From the NCBI GenBank assembly GCA_964016885.1, contig OZ024741.1:107446001-107510000 (forward strand): a stretch of DNA of 64,000 nt, read 5' to 3'. The notes under the pieces are model-generated. The model worked only from the letters and a program-made list of their open reading frames with translations. It was not told where the DNA came from and did not search any database. Of this stretch, positions 42,689 through 56,242 are shown one piece after another. Made by a program: the position numbers and the translations under genes. Origin of the DNA: Eledone cirrhosa. Its lineage: Eukaryota. Each line of letters starts with the position of its first letter. Position 1 is the first letter of the stretch.

Positions 42689-43138
42689 CAAAGGAATTGT
42701 GGTAAGGAACCAGATGGATCATAACGCACCAGCGTACTCAATAGTTAGGGTAGTAGAGTGGGAAATAGGAAAAAGTATGACCCCGACGGCAGAGCTCAAT
42801 CCGTTTCGACGGCTATTTCTGGACTAGAAATAGCCGTCGAAAAGGTTTGAGCTCTGCCGTCGGGGTCATACTTTTTCATATATATATATATATATACATT
42901 CAAATATATATATATATATATATATATGCAAAAGTTCTATTTAAATTGTTGGGATACAACAAGCAAATATTTTTATAACTGATATAAAGCACTCAACAAG
43001 TATTTGGAGTAAACATACGATATTAACAAATGGAAACTATATTTATAAAACCATATTTATTTCATTATACATATTTCAAGGACACCAAGTTAAATTATGG
43101 TGTGGATTTATAAATATAGTTTCCATTTGTTAATATCG

Positions 43139-43191
<53 letters not shown>

Positions 43192-43404
43192 GTGTGTGTG
43201 TATGTATGTGTGGATGTATGTGCGGATGTATGTACAATGTTAATCTCGACAGGGCTTGAATTCAGAATGCAAATGACAAAAACAAATACCATACTGGTAT
43301 TTTATGTGAAATTTTACCAATTCTGTTAATTAATTCACCTTATATACTATATAAATAACAATTTCTAATTTAGGCACACGGCCAACAATATACTATAAAA
43401 TTAA

Positions 43405-44335
43405 TTCGTTCTGCTTTTGGCACAAGGCTAGCAATCTGATTTGAAGGGAAAGTCGATTAAATTAACTCCAGTGCATTACTGGTACTTTATTTTACCGACC
43501 CAGTAAGGATGAAAGGCAAAGCTAACTTCGACGAGATTGGAACTGAGAACATAAAGGACCGTTACTATATACCGCAAAATAGGTTGTTCTGCGCTCTACC
43601 GATACCGCCAATCCACCGCCCTTATATATATACTATGTACTATATACAGATAATAATGGTTTCTGATTTAGGCACAGGCCCAGCAATTTTGGAGGAGGGG
43701 AATGTCGATTAAACCGAGCCCAGTGCATTACTGGTGCTTTATTTTATCGATCCCGTAATGGCGAAGGTAAACCTAACCTATGCTGGATTTGGACACATCA
43801 TTTAAAGTGACGTAACTATATACCGCAAAGCATGTTGTCCGACGCTAAACAGAAACTGCTAATCCACCGCCCTCTCTATATAAATAAAAATGATGTTTGA
43901 TTTAGGCACAAAGCCAACAATTTCATAGGAAAGGAAAGTCGATTAAATCGAAACCAGTGCATTACTGGTACTTTAATTTATCCACCACGTAAGGAAGAAA
44001 GGCAAAGTTAACCACGGCACAATTTGAATTCAGAACGTAAAGGAACGCAACTATATCCCGCAAAGCATGTTGTCCGACGCTCTACCGAGACTACCAAATC
44101 TACCGCCTTCTCTCTATATAAATAATAATGGTTTCTTATATAGGCACAAGGCTAGCAATTTCGATAAAATCGACCCCAGTGCGTGACTGGTACTTTATTT
44201 TATCGACCTCGTAAGGATGAAAGGCAAAGTTAACCTCGGTGGTATTTGTACTCAGACTGTAAAGGACCGTAACTCTATGCTGCAAAGCATGGTGTCCGAC
44301 TCTCTAGCGATACTGCCAATCCACCACCTCCTCTT
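43405..44335 (-). mobile_element. Four head-to-tail SINE copies (~240-bp period)
   Basis: ggcacaaggc...ctggtac/gttta...aaggcaaag...tccaccgcc recurs at ~43405-43622, 43650-43872, 43890-44110 and 44125-44330. Confidence 0.85.
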
Positions 44336-44983
44336 TATATCAATAATAACCATAAATATCGCTACCCAACCCCAAAGAAAAAAAACAACAGCAACAAAGC
44401 AAAACAACAAAAAACAAGAAACAATCAAAACTATGTTACTAGCCCAAAGATAAACAGACTAAAACATCCTCATCTATAACCTATTTAACACATCGTCTAT
44501 CTACTTAGCCGTTTCGAAAGATACTTCCCGACGTTACCCATTCTTACTTCAGCTGGTGTAAAGCGGTGATCAGCTGTTCCATAGTGTTTAAAATAGGGAT
44601 TAATCATTGTAAGCTCAGTGATGTGTGTAAACGTGAAGTTATCAGGTTTTTATGTCAATAGATGGATATCCCTGTAGGTAAATAATGTATTTATTGAGAG
44701 AATGGGATAAAAGATACTTTTTTTTTTCTTCCCTGCAATATTTTTTCTCATATTTATTTAAATATACATTGCTCACTTTCACTCACACACACCCACCTAC
44801 ACACACACACACCTACACCACACACCTACACCCCCTTCCATATATATATTCCCACACACACGATGTTAAATATGCAACACAAAAAGTATAAATTATATAT
44901 GTAGCTCCCTCTCTCCCACTATCTCTCCTTTCTTTCTCCCCCTCTCTTCATACACACACACACTCACTCACACACACACGCAC

Positions 44984-45021
<38 letters not shown>

Positions 45022-45138
45022 CTCTCTCACACACACACACTCACACAGACACACAGACATATATATATATATATATGTATGTGTATGTATATAAATGCCT
45101 TATATAATTTTAAATTTATCATAAAAAAAATCTCAAAC

Positions 45139-45169
<31 letters not shown>

Positions 45170-45251
45170 GTGTGTATGTATATATGTAATATATATATAT
45201 ACTCATGTGAGTGTGTATATATGCAATATATATATATATATACATATATTT

Positions 45252-45301
<50 letters not shown>

Positions 45302-45302
45302 C

Positions 45303-45336
<34 letters not shown>

Positions 45337-45599
45337 TTCTTTTTTCACACAGCACAGACACACCCGCCATTAATCTATACACAGCTGTATCTCCACAGGA
45401 CGTTTGTCATTTTTATTACACATTTCATGTCAATAGAAATACAGTGAAAAAGAAACTAGTATAATAACAACAAAAGCCAGAGATTTTTTGTTGTATTCAG
45501 CCATTATATGTGTCTCGTATTTTCTTCATTTCTCTATGTTGTTTTGTCTTACATTTTCTTTTTATAATTTTAAACTATAAAACTTTCACTGGGCAAACA

Positions 45600-46690
45600 T
45601 GAATACTGATTGCTTCGTTGTTTGTGGTACTGTCTTTGTTTGTGTTGTTGTTACTGTGTTGTTTTTGTTGTTGGTTGTCGTGGTGTTTTGGGGGGTTATG
45701 CTGTTGGTGGTAGTGGCGTTGTTACTTATGGTGCTGTTCTTGTTATTGGTGGTAGTTTTGGTTCGTTGGCAGTGGTGGTGTGGTTGTCGGTGTTGATAAT
45801 TTTGTTGTTGCTGGTGATGGTGGTATTGTTAGTGTTGTTATTGGTGTCGTTGATGTTAGTGCTGTTATTGGTGTCGTTGATGTTAGTGTTGTTATTGGTG
45901 TTGTTAGTGTTGTTCGTGGTGTTGGTTTTCTTTGTGTTGTTGATAGTGTTATAGGTACTGTTGCTGTTGGTGGTATTGTTTCTATGCTGTTGGTGTCTTT
46001 AGTGTTAATGGTGATGGGTTTGTTGGTGTTGCTGTTTGGATTGGGATAGTGTTGTTGGTGGTGGTGATGTTTTGTTGTTGCTGTTGAGCCTCGAAAAAAT
46101 GGTATCTTCGCGACTGTAAGAACTATCAACATTGGTCTGCTACTTGATGACTGTCTTGGTGCAAAACATCAGTAACAACAACAACAAAAACAACAAGAAC
46201 ATCAACAGCAGTAATCAACAACACAACTATGACAACCACTATGACTATCATTACATCATTTATTACAACCCCCCATATCTTAATCAGCATCATCAACAAG
46301 GACAATATGATTCTATTTAGTTACGTCATCTGCCACCACTCTCACCACAACTGCCACCATCTTCACTACCATCACTACCACTATCAGTACCACCACGACT
46401 ACAACCACCACCACCAACAACAACAATAACACCTCCAACACCCTCACTACCACAACTTACTCCACATTCACCACATCCTCCATTTCCACCAGCAATAGTA
46501 GCACTACCAGCACCAGCACCACTACCAGCACCAGCAAGATCATCACCAGCTTCTACACCACCAAGCACAAGCAATAACACCATGACCTCCACCACCACTA
46601 CCATCAACGCTACCATCAACGTAATCATCATCATCATCATCACTACCACGATCGCTATCAATGACATTATTAGCAGCAACTGCGGCAGCT
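45600..46690. repeat. Degenerate trinucleotide low-complexity tracts (GTT/GGT-rich, then CAA/CAC-rich)
   Basis: Base composition read directly; explains the poly-V/L/T/H pseudo-ORFs. Confidence 0.85.
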
Positions 46691-47286
46691 GTTACAACTC
46701 TAATAGGTTATGAGATGATATTTTTGGTTAAGTTTTGATAATACAATCGAATTAGTTTTCTCATGAAAACCATACGATAGTGTGAACTGCCTCCAGATAA
46801 ATCTCTTGATTGAACTGACTAAAGCTTATCAACTCAACTTATTATATGATTAAATCTATTTAAATTTAATTGCACATTATTGATTTTTTTTGCTTACCAT
46901 ATGTATAAATGATAGCTTCTCCAGTTCATACAATGACTCGGAAGCTATTACAGAAATTGGATATTCTTCGTATCATTATTTACTATTTATGCTATGCGAA
47001 AAAGAAAAAAAACCCATACCTAATATACATAATTAACACCATCACTTACGTTAACTAGAATGTAAACAAATCTAAACGAAACCCATGCTATTCATGAACT
47101 CAAGCAAATTTAAATCATAATCCTACAATTAGAAGAAGGAGGAGGAGGAGGAGAAGGGGGAGAGGAGAAAGAGAAGAAGAAGAATGGGGGGGGGGAGAAG
47201 GAAAAGAAGAAGAAGGAGGAGGAGGACGAAAAAATGAAGAAGAAAAAGAAGAGAAGAAGAAGAAGAAGAAGAAGAAGAAGAAGAAG

Positions 47287-47359
<73 letters not shown>

Positions 47360-48291
47360 TAATAATTACCACTATGTTTTTCTGTGGTTCTGTATTCAAC
47401 TAAAAAATCCAGTTATACAAACTAAGATCTCATTGAATATGTGATTCAGTAAATTGCCCTTTAACATAATTATTCAAATTTATGCCATTGGCCTCAATGA
47501 CGTATTTCCAGTACACAGGCAGAGACACTCAATCTCTTCATTCTATCTAGTTCTCTCTCTCTCTCACACATACATACTTGCTGTACCAATTGTAAATTAA
47601 ATTCAACATGCTTGCAAAACCATACCTCACCCCACCCATCTAAACAATACTCAACATGCTCTACTTACTGGTGTGGGCGTAACGAAGGTCACCTGGCTGC
47701 AACTGGATTTGTTTTGAAAATGTTGAATCTCTAAAAAGTATTTGCTGACCGACGACTATCTTTGTTGTGTAGCTACAATTTCTATAAATATTACAAATGT
47801 CAAAACCTCCATCTCATTTGCAAAGATTTGCGTACATATATCCTCTTGTTCCAGCAGATATAATTGCGGAAGTGTTATTGCAGATGGATGTGAAGGAGAT
47901 GCGTTGAAACAAGTAGCCCAATGCTGTTTACTTACATTGGCGAAAATGATGTAGCCATCAATATTGGAAAGCATGTACAGTGTGAGGTCAAACTTACTTC
48001 GATTAAAAAAGAAATCAGCATGGAACGATTGTTTTGTCTTTTTGTTATTGGAAGTTTCCCCAACAAGATTGCATCTCAGAAATAAAGAAGGTCACAACAA
48101 GACAGCAAACAACCAGCAACCTATATGTAATATGAAAGAAAGATGTTTATTGGTTGGCTGAATCACACGAAAACTACACACACACACACATACACACACA
48201 TCTAAAGAGAGTGAGAGACACACAAAGGGGGAGGCAGAAAGAGAGAGAGATAGGCCGTGACACAGAGAGAGATACAATTAAAGAGTTAGAT

Positions 48292-48390
<99 letters not shown>

Positions 48391-48744
48391 AAAAGTATCA
48401 GTTGAAGGTTTAGTAATATTGCGTTAACTTTATAAAGTCGTTTTACAGTCTTTGATTTTACAGAACAAAGAAAAATTGATACTATTCGAAATGAATCTAC
48501 TCTCCAGCTTTTATCCATATACCACTTACAGTCCGTACTGACGAAGCAACACTTCAGAAGCAATGTTATGTGGTATATTGGTGTATTTCAGATGACATCA
48601 TTTGGACCTGAAAAAGATCATACTGACTATGGTTATTTCACAACATTTAAAATCCAATGCTACCATGTAATCATAAAACTTCCTTATTAGGTTGGGGGAG
48701 CAGTTTTCTCCCCCAGCCTAATAAGGAAGTTTTATGATTGTATT

Positions 48745-48873
48745 TTTTAATATCTTTCTCACACACATTACGGTCTCACCTCATACCAGACAACACATCC
48801 AATGCAGTCGTTTTATCTTTTATCCGTCTAATCTTAACTGTTATCCCGGGCGAAGCCTGGTACCTCAGCTAGT
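48745..48873 (+). mobile_element. Helitron-like 3' terminus
   Basis: GC-rich hairpin cccgggcgaagcctgg about 8 nt before CTAG, followed by T, which is the canonical Helitron 3' end pattern. No 5' end was identified. Confidence 0.5.
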
Positions 48874-48885
48874 ATATATATATAT

Positions 48886-51800
48886 ATTCACTCGAATTGT
48901 TTTCGCGGATATAGGGGTCATCTCCCTTGTCTAATGCCATGTGCGTTTTTCACCGCTAGTTGACTCCTTTGCCGCCAGGATAAAACTCGTTGACAACGTA
49001 AACTCCGTTCCACTTATTCTAGTAGGCTTTTATATTTATATGTGAGCTGATAGAGTACTGTCTAAGGATTTACAGAAACCCATGAAGCTAGATTTAACAC
49101 CTTTCTAGTGGGTCCGGGTATGATTTTACATTCATTTAAATTATTGACGTATTGTTTTATTGATATTTTTTATCTGTTTGGCCCGAATCTTCCTTTATCG
49201 ATTTTAAATCGTATGGTTGATTGTAGACTTGTTCTATATGTGACGGTATTTTAACGATAGTTATAGCTCTGATTCATCTGAATTATTGAGCCCTCTGCCG
49301 CTCATATCGAATTTCGTTTTTCGTGAACTCGTGCGCCGATTTTTCGATACTCGATCTTTCTAATATATTTAGCTCTGGACATAGCTATCCACCAGTTAAT
49401 TTTATTGCTCATTTTTTGTCGATTCTATTGAGTGATGAATAGCTTTTGTTTTATTTTAACATGTCTATTGAGCACTCTAATTCGATATGTGTATTTCCAC
49501 ATTCACTCGAATTGTTTTCGCGGATATAGGGGTCATCTCCCTTGTCTAATGCCATGTGCGTTTTTCACCGCTAGTTGACTCCTTTGCCGCCAGGATAAAA
49601 CTCGTTGACAACGTAAACTCCGTTCCACTTATTCTAGTAGGCTTTTATATTTATATGTGAGCTGATAGAGTACTGTCTAAGGATTTACAGAAACCCATGA
49701 AGCTAGATTTAACACCTTTCTAGTGGGTCCGGGTATGATTTTACATTCATTTAAATTATTGACGTATTGTTTTATTGATATTTTTTATCTGTTTGGCCCG
49801 AATCTTCCTTTATCGATTTTAAATCGTATGGTTGATTGTAGACTTGTTCTATATGTGACGGTATTTTAACGATAGTTATAGCTCTGATTCATCTGAATTA
49901 TTGAGCCCTCTGCCGCTCATATCGAATTTCGTTTTTCGTGAACTCGTGCGCCGATTTTTCGATACTCGATCTTTCTAATATATTTAGCTCTGGACATAGC
50001 TATCCACCAGTTAATTTTATTGCTCATTTTTTGTCGATTCTATTGAGTGATGAATAGCTTTTGTTTTATTTTAACATGTCTATTGAGCACTCTAATTCGA
50101 TATGTGTATTTCCACATTCACTCGAATTGTTTTCGCGGATATAGGGGTCATCTCCCTTGTCTAATGCCATGTGCGTTTTTCACCGCTAGTTGACTCCTTT
50201 GCCGCCAGGATAAAACTCGTTGACAACGTAAACTCCGTTCCACTTATTCTAGTAGGCTTTTATATTTATATGTGAGCTGATAGAGTACTGTCTAAGGATT
50301 TACAGAAACCCATGAAGCTAGATTTAACACCTTTCTAGTGGGTCCGGGTATGATTTTACATTCATTTAAATTATTGACGTATTGTTTTATTGATATTTTT
50401 TATCTGTTTGGCCCGAATCTTCCTTTATCGATTTTAAATCGTATGGTTGATTGTAGACTTGTTCTATATGTGACGGTATTTTAACGATAGTTATAGCTCT
50501 GATTCATCTGAATTATTGAGCCCTCTGCCGCTCATATCGAATTTCGTTTTTCGTAAACTCGTGCGCCGATTTTTCGATACTCGATCTTTCTAATATATTT
50601 AGCTCTGGACATAGCTATCCACCAGTTAATTTTATTGCTCATTTTTTGTCGATTCTATTGAGTGATGAATAGCTTTTGTTTTATTTTAACATGTCTATTG
50701 AGCACTCTAATTCGATATGTGTATTTCCACATTCACTCGAATTGTTTTCGCGGATATAGGGGTCATCTCCCTTGTCTAATGCCATGTGCGTTTTTCACCG
50801 CTAGTTGACTCCTTTGCCGCCAGGATAAAACTCGTTGACAACGTAAACTCCGTTCCACTTATTCTAGTAGGCTTTTATATTTATATGTGAGCTGATAGAG
50901 TACTGTCTAAGGATTTACAGAAACCCATGAAGCTAGATTTAACACCTTTCTAGTGGGTCCGGGTATGATTTTACATTCATTTAAATTATTGACGTATTGT
51001 TTTATTGATATTTTTTATCTGTTTGGCCCGAATCTTCCTTTATCGATTTTAAATCGTATGGTTGATTGTAGACTTGTTCTATATGTGACGGTATTTTAAC
51101 GATAGTTATAGCTCTGATTCATCTGAATTATTGAGCCCTCTGCCGCTCATATCGAATTTCGTTTTTCGTGAACTCGTGCGCCGATTTTTCGATACTCGAT
51201 CTTTCTAATATATTTAGCTCTGGACATAGCTATCCACCAGTTAATTTTATTGCTCATTTTTTGTCGATTCTATTGAGTGATGAATAGCTTTTGTTTTATT
51301 TTAACATGTCTATTGAGCACTCTAATTCGATATGTGTATTTCCACATTCACTCGAATTGTTTTCGCGGATATAGGGGTCATCTCCCTTGTCTAATGCCAT
51401 GTGCGTTTTTCACCGCTAGTTGACTCCTTTGCCGCCAGGATAAAACTCGTTGACAACGTAAACTCCGTTCCACTTATTCTAGTAGGCTTTTATATTTATA
51501 TGTGAGCTGATAGAGTACTGTCTAAGGATTTACAGAAACCCATGAAGCTAGATTTAACACCTTTCTAGTGGGTCCGGGTATGATTTTACATTCATTTAAA
51601 TTATTGACGTATTGTTTTATTGATATTTTTTATCTGTTTGGCCCGAATCTTCCTTTATCGATTTTAAATCGTATGGTTGATTGTAGACTTGTTCTATATG
51701 TGACGGTATTTTAACGATAGTTATAGCTCTGATTCATCTGAATTATTGAGCCCTCTGCCGCTCATATCGAATTTCGTTTTTCGTGAACTCGTGCGCCGAT

Positions 51801-54275
51801 TTTTCGATACTCGATCTTTCTAATATATTTAGCTCTGGACATAGCTATCCACCAGTTAATTTTATTGCTCATTTTTTGTCGATTCTATTGAGTGATGAAT
51901 AGCTTTTGTTTTATTTTAACATGTCTATTGAGCACTCTAATTCGATATGTGTATTTCCACATTCACTCGAATTGTTTTCGCGGATATAGGGGTCATCTCC
52001 CTTGTCTAATGCCATGTGCGTTTTTCACCGCTAGTTGACTCCTTTGCCGCCAGGATAAAACTCGTTGACAACGTAAACTCCGTTCCACTTATTCTAGTAG
52101 GCTTTTATATTTATATGTGAGCTGATAGAGTACTGTCTAAGGATTTACAGAAACCCATGAAGCTAGATTTAACACCTTTCTAGTGGGTCCGGGTATGATT
52201 TTACATTCATTTAAATTATTGACGTATTGTTTTATTGATATTTTTTATCTGTTTGGCCCGAATCTTCCTTTATCGATTTTAAATCGTATGGTTGATTGTA
52301 GACTTGTTCTATATGTGACGGTATTTTAACGATAGTTATAGCTCTGATTCATCTGAATTATTGAGCCCTCTGCCGCTCATATCGAATTTCGTTTTTCGTG
52401 AACTCGTGCGCCGATTTTTCGATACTCGATCTTTCTAATATATTTAGCTCTGGACATAGCTATCCACCAGTTAATTTTATTGCTCATTTTTTGTCGATTC
52501 TATTGAGTGATGAATAGCTTTTGTTTTATTTTAACATGTCTATTGAGCACTCTAATTCGATATGTGTATTTCCACATTCACTCGAATTGTTTTCGCGGAT
52601 ATAGGGGTCATCTCCCTTGTCTAATGCCATGTGCGTTTTTCACCGCTAGTTGACTCCTTTGCCGCCAGGATAAAACTCGTTGACAACGTAAACTCCGTTC
52701 CACTTATTCTAGTAGGCTTTTATATTTATATGTGAGCTGATAGAGTACTGTCTAAGGATTTACAGAAACCCATGAAGCTAGATTTAACACCTTTCTAGTG
52801 GGTCCGGGTATGATTTTACATTCATTTAAATTATTGACGTATTGTTTTATTGATATTTTTTATCTGTTTGGCCCGAATCTTCCTTTATCGATTTTAAATC
52901 GTATGGTTGATTGTAGACTTGTTCTATATGTGACGGTATTTTAACGATAGTTATAGCTCTGATTCATCTGAATTATTGAGCCCTCTGCCGCTCATATCGA
53001 ATTTCGTTTTTCGTGAACTCGTGCGCCGATTTTTCGATACTCGATCTTTCTAATATATTTAGCTCTGGACATAGCTATCCACCAGTTAATTTTATTGCTC
53101 ATTTTTTGTCGATTCTATTGAGTGATGAATAGCTTTTGTTTTATTTTAACATGTCTATTGAGCACTCTAATTCGATATGTGTATTTCCACATTCACTCGA
53201 ATTGTTTTCGCGGATATAGGGGTCATCTCCCTTGTCTAATGCCATGTGCGTTTTTCACCGCTAGTTGACTCCTTTGCCGCCAGGATAAAACTCGTTGACA
53301 ACGTAAACTCCGTTCCACTTATTCTAGTAGGCTTTTATATTTATATGTGAGCTGATAGAGTACTGTCTAAGGATTTACAGAAACCCATGAAGCTAGATTT
53401 AACACCTTTCTAGTGGGTCCGGGTATGATTTTACATTCATTTAAATTATTGACGTATTGTTTTATTGATATTTTTTATCTGTTTGGCCCGAATCTTCCTT
53501 TATCGATTTTAAATCGTATGGTTGATTGTAGACTTGTTCTATATGTGACGGTATTTTAACGATAGTTATAGCTCTGATTCATCTGAATTATTGAGCCCTC
53601 TGCCGCTCATATCGAATTTCGTTTTTCGTGAACTCGTGCGCCGATTTTTCGATACTCGATCTTTCTAATATATTTAGCTCTGGACATAGCTATCCACCAG
53701 TTAATTTTATTGCTCATTTTTTGTCGATTCTATTGAGTGATGAATAGCTTTTGTTTTATTTTAACATGTCTATTGAGCACTCTAATTCGATATGTGTATT
53801 TCCACATTCACTCGAATTGTTTTCGCGGATATAGGGGTCATCTCCCTTGTCTAATGCCATGTGCGTTTTTCACCGCTAGTTGACTCCTTTGCCGCCAGGA
53901 TAAAACTCGTTGACAACGTAAACTCCGTTCCACTTATTCTAGTAGGCTTTTATATTTATATGTGAGCTGATAGAGTACTGTCTAAGGATTTACAGAAACC
54001 CATGAAGCTAGATTTAACACCTTTCTAGTGGGTCCGGGTATGATTTTACATTCATTTAAATTATTGACGTATTGTTTTATTGATATTTTTATCTGTTTGG
54101 CCCGAATCTTCCTTTATCGATTTTAAATCGTATGGTTGATTGTAGACTTGTTCTATATGTGACGGTATTTTAACGATAGTTATAGCTCTGATTCATCTGA
54201 ATTATTGAGCCCTCTGCCGCTCATATCGAATTTCGTTTTTCGTGAACTCGTGCGCCGATTTTTCGATACTCGATC

Positions 54276-54285
<10 letters not shown>
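48886..54285. repeat. Tandem array of ~8.8 nearly identical 615-bp units embedded in (TA)n
   Basis: attcactcgaattg recurs at 48886, 49501, 50116, 50731, 51346, 51961, 52576, 53191 and 53806. The last unit is partial. Confidence 0.97.
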
Positions 54286-54331
<46 letters not shown>

Positions 54332-54334
<3 letters not shown>

Positions 54335-54856
54335 AGGTCGCTCTCGAATGCTACTGGTAACATGTAACCCAGTACAACCTGTCTCATGGTCGGGTCGTCG
54401 TCGACTAAAGTGGCAACCCCACCAAGCTTGCTTGGCGAGGAGGGTGATATTTGGACACCTTGAGGGATGAAATGCAAGACCCTGCAAAGGGCGGAGGAAC
54501 TCGGCAGAGTCAACGGCTATCCAAATAGTACTTCTTTTTTACCTGGGAGTGAAAGGCCCCCAGTTGTTGTCAAAATACTTTTCTAGGAGAGGGAAACTCT
54601 GAAAAAAAACACAAAAAACCTGCGGCTTCTGAAGCATCCGATGATCTTGACCAGTTCTCCTTTTCAGGCAGTGCTTTCGATGCTCAGAGAGTGGGATTGG
54701 TTGAGTGCAAGGCCTTTCCCCACTTAAAAAAACCTTCAAAGCACAGGCATTGCTTGTTCATGATCTGTTACAGGTTCGTGTGGGTCGCCGTAGCCTGAAA
54801 GTGCACCAGTTTCTTTAATCTGACAAGCGAATGCAATACACTTAGCAGAATTTGCA

Positions 54857-54863
<7 letters not shown>
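54332..54863 (-). repeat. ~530-bp dispersed repeat, fullest copy, between (TA)n tracts
   Basis: One end matches 7190-7372 (inverted) and the other end matches 63780-63931 (direct). Confidence 0.75.
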
Positions 54864-54917
<54 letters not shown>

Positions 54918-55131
54918 AATGGAAGTACAGCATATTAAAAGCAAAACCAGAGCCTCAGCTAAGCCGACGAATGCTTTCAGCAATGCAGCCAAGCACTCGA
55001 CAAGGTATAGGACTCAGAGTAATAACATACAGTTTAAAGGGATTTGCAAAATGAAGACAGCGACCGGTAATTCAGTCGTGGCTCGTAGCAACGAAAGAAC
55101 TGACTCGTGAGAAAGAATTCATACACATATG

Positions 55132-55204
<73 letters not shown>

Positions 55205-55361
55205 GTATATATATATATATATAAGCAAAAGGGATATTCAATTTGTTGGTAATTCAACAAATATAAATGTTTATAACTGATTCAGAGCACTCGACAGTTT
55301 TTCTGGAGTATAATATTCAATGATATTAAATTAATGGAAACTATATTTATAAAACCATATT

Positions 55362-55422
55362 TATTCTATTATATACATTTCAAGGTTACCAAAACCTTGG
55401 GTCGCTTTCATCAGATAAAATA
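55362..55422 (-). ncRNA. Minimal type I hammerhead ribozyme motif
   Basis: Minus strand: tattttat-CTGATGA-aag...ctt-GAAA-tgtata-TA-atagaata. The flank (aatggaaactatatttataaaaccatattta) is shared with 39228 and 43029. Confidence 0.75.
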
Positions 55423-56044
55423 GAAAGTTTGTTTTATAAATTTTGGCATAACCAAGAAAAGATACCTTAACGATTCATGTTTTCCTTGGATATACACGTT
55501 GTATAAACGGAGCTGATCACTTGAACACTGAAAGCTAAATTTAATATAAAGAAGCTAAACTTAATATAAAGAATAATAAAATAGCGGCCGATGGCAACTT
55601 CTTTTTCAGTCTTTTAGGGTTTTCAACATATTTTATAAGTTATTTTATAGTATCGTCGCACACGAGCACATCTTTCTTTATATTAACTTTATCTCTTCAG
55701 CATTTTTAGATACAGAGAGATCGGCTACGTATACACAGTGTCTGTCAAAATCTCAAAGCTGTGATTCAGCTATCGAATTTAAGACGGTAAGAGTTGTCTC
55801 GGTCTCTTGGCTTAAATATTTAACAGTGCTCAACTGGGGGATATGGGGTAGGATTCCTAATAGCGACCGATGGCAAATTCTTTCCCGTCTTTTAAGGGAC
55901 TTCACTCTTTTCTATAAGGTATTTATAGCATCTCCATGCATGAGCACATCATTTTCTATATTAATATACTGTATATACATATAAGATTTTAAGCCTGTAG
56001 CTAGAAGAATAAAGCTGTGTTGACTTAAGAAATCTCAAAGTTGT

Positions 56045-56116
56045 GTAATATTGTTATGTAATATTGTTATGTAAATATTGTTACGTAATATTGTTATGTA
56101 AATATTGTTATGTAAA
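56045..56116. repeat. 13-14-bp minisatellite (~5 copies)
   Basis: taatattgttatg repeats. Confidence 0.8.
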
Positions 56117-56209
56117 TAGATAGATATCTTCTACTGCTTAGAGAGATTTTCTACCACTTTTTGACTATTACACTAGAAACATGCACACACACACAAGCAT
56201 GTGACCGTG

Positions 56210-56242
<33 letters not shown>

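Noticed and set aside
45599-46679. Hydrophobic or mucin-like ORFs
   Set aside because: Degenerate trinucleotide tracts open in several frames on both strands, with no splice or homology support.
47130-47360. Poly-Q/K/N coding tract
   Set aside because: A chain of (GAA)(CAA)(CAG)(TAG) microsatellites related by single-base steps, with no exon context.
49410-49485. SECIS or C/D-box K-turn in the 615-bp unit (GTGATGA...TTGA)
   Set aside because: The stem register (aatag/ctatt) does not give tandem sheared G.A pairs, and the AA is misplaced. I treat it as a plain imperfect hairpin.
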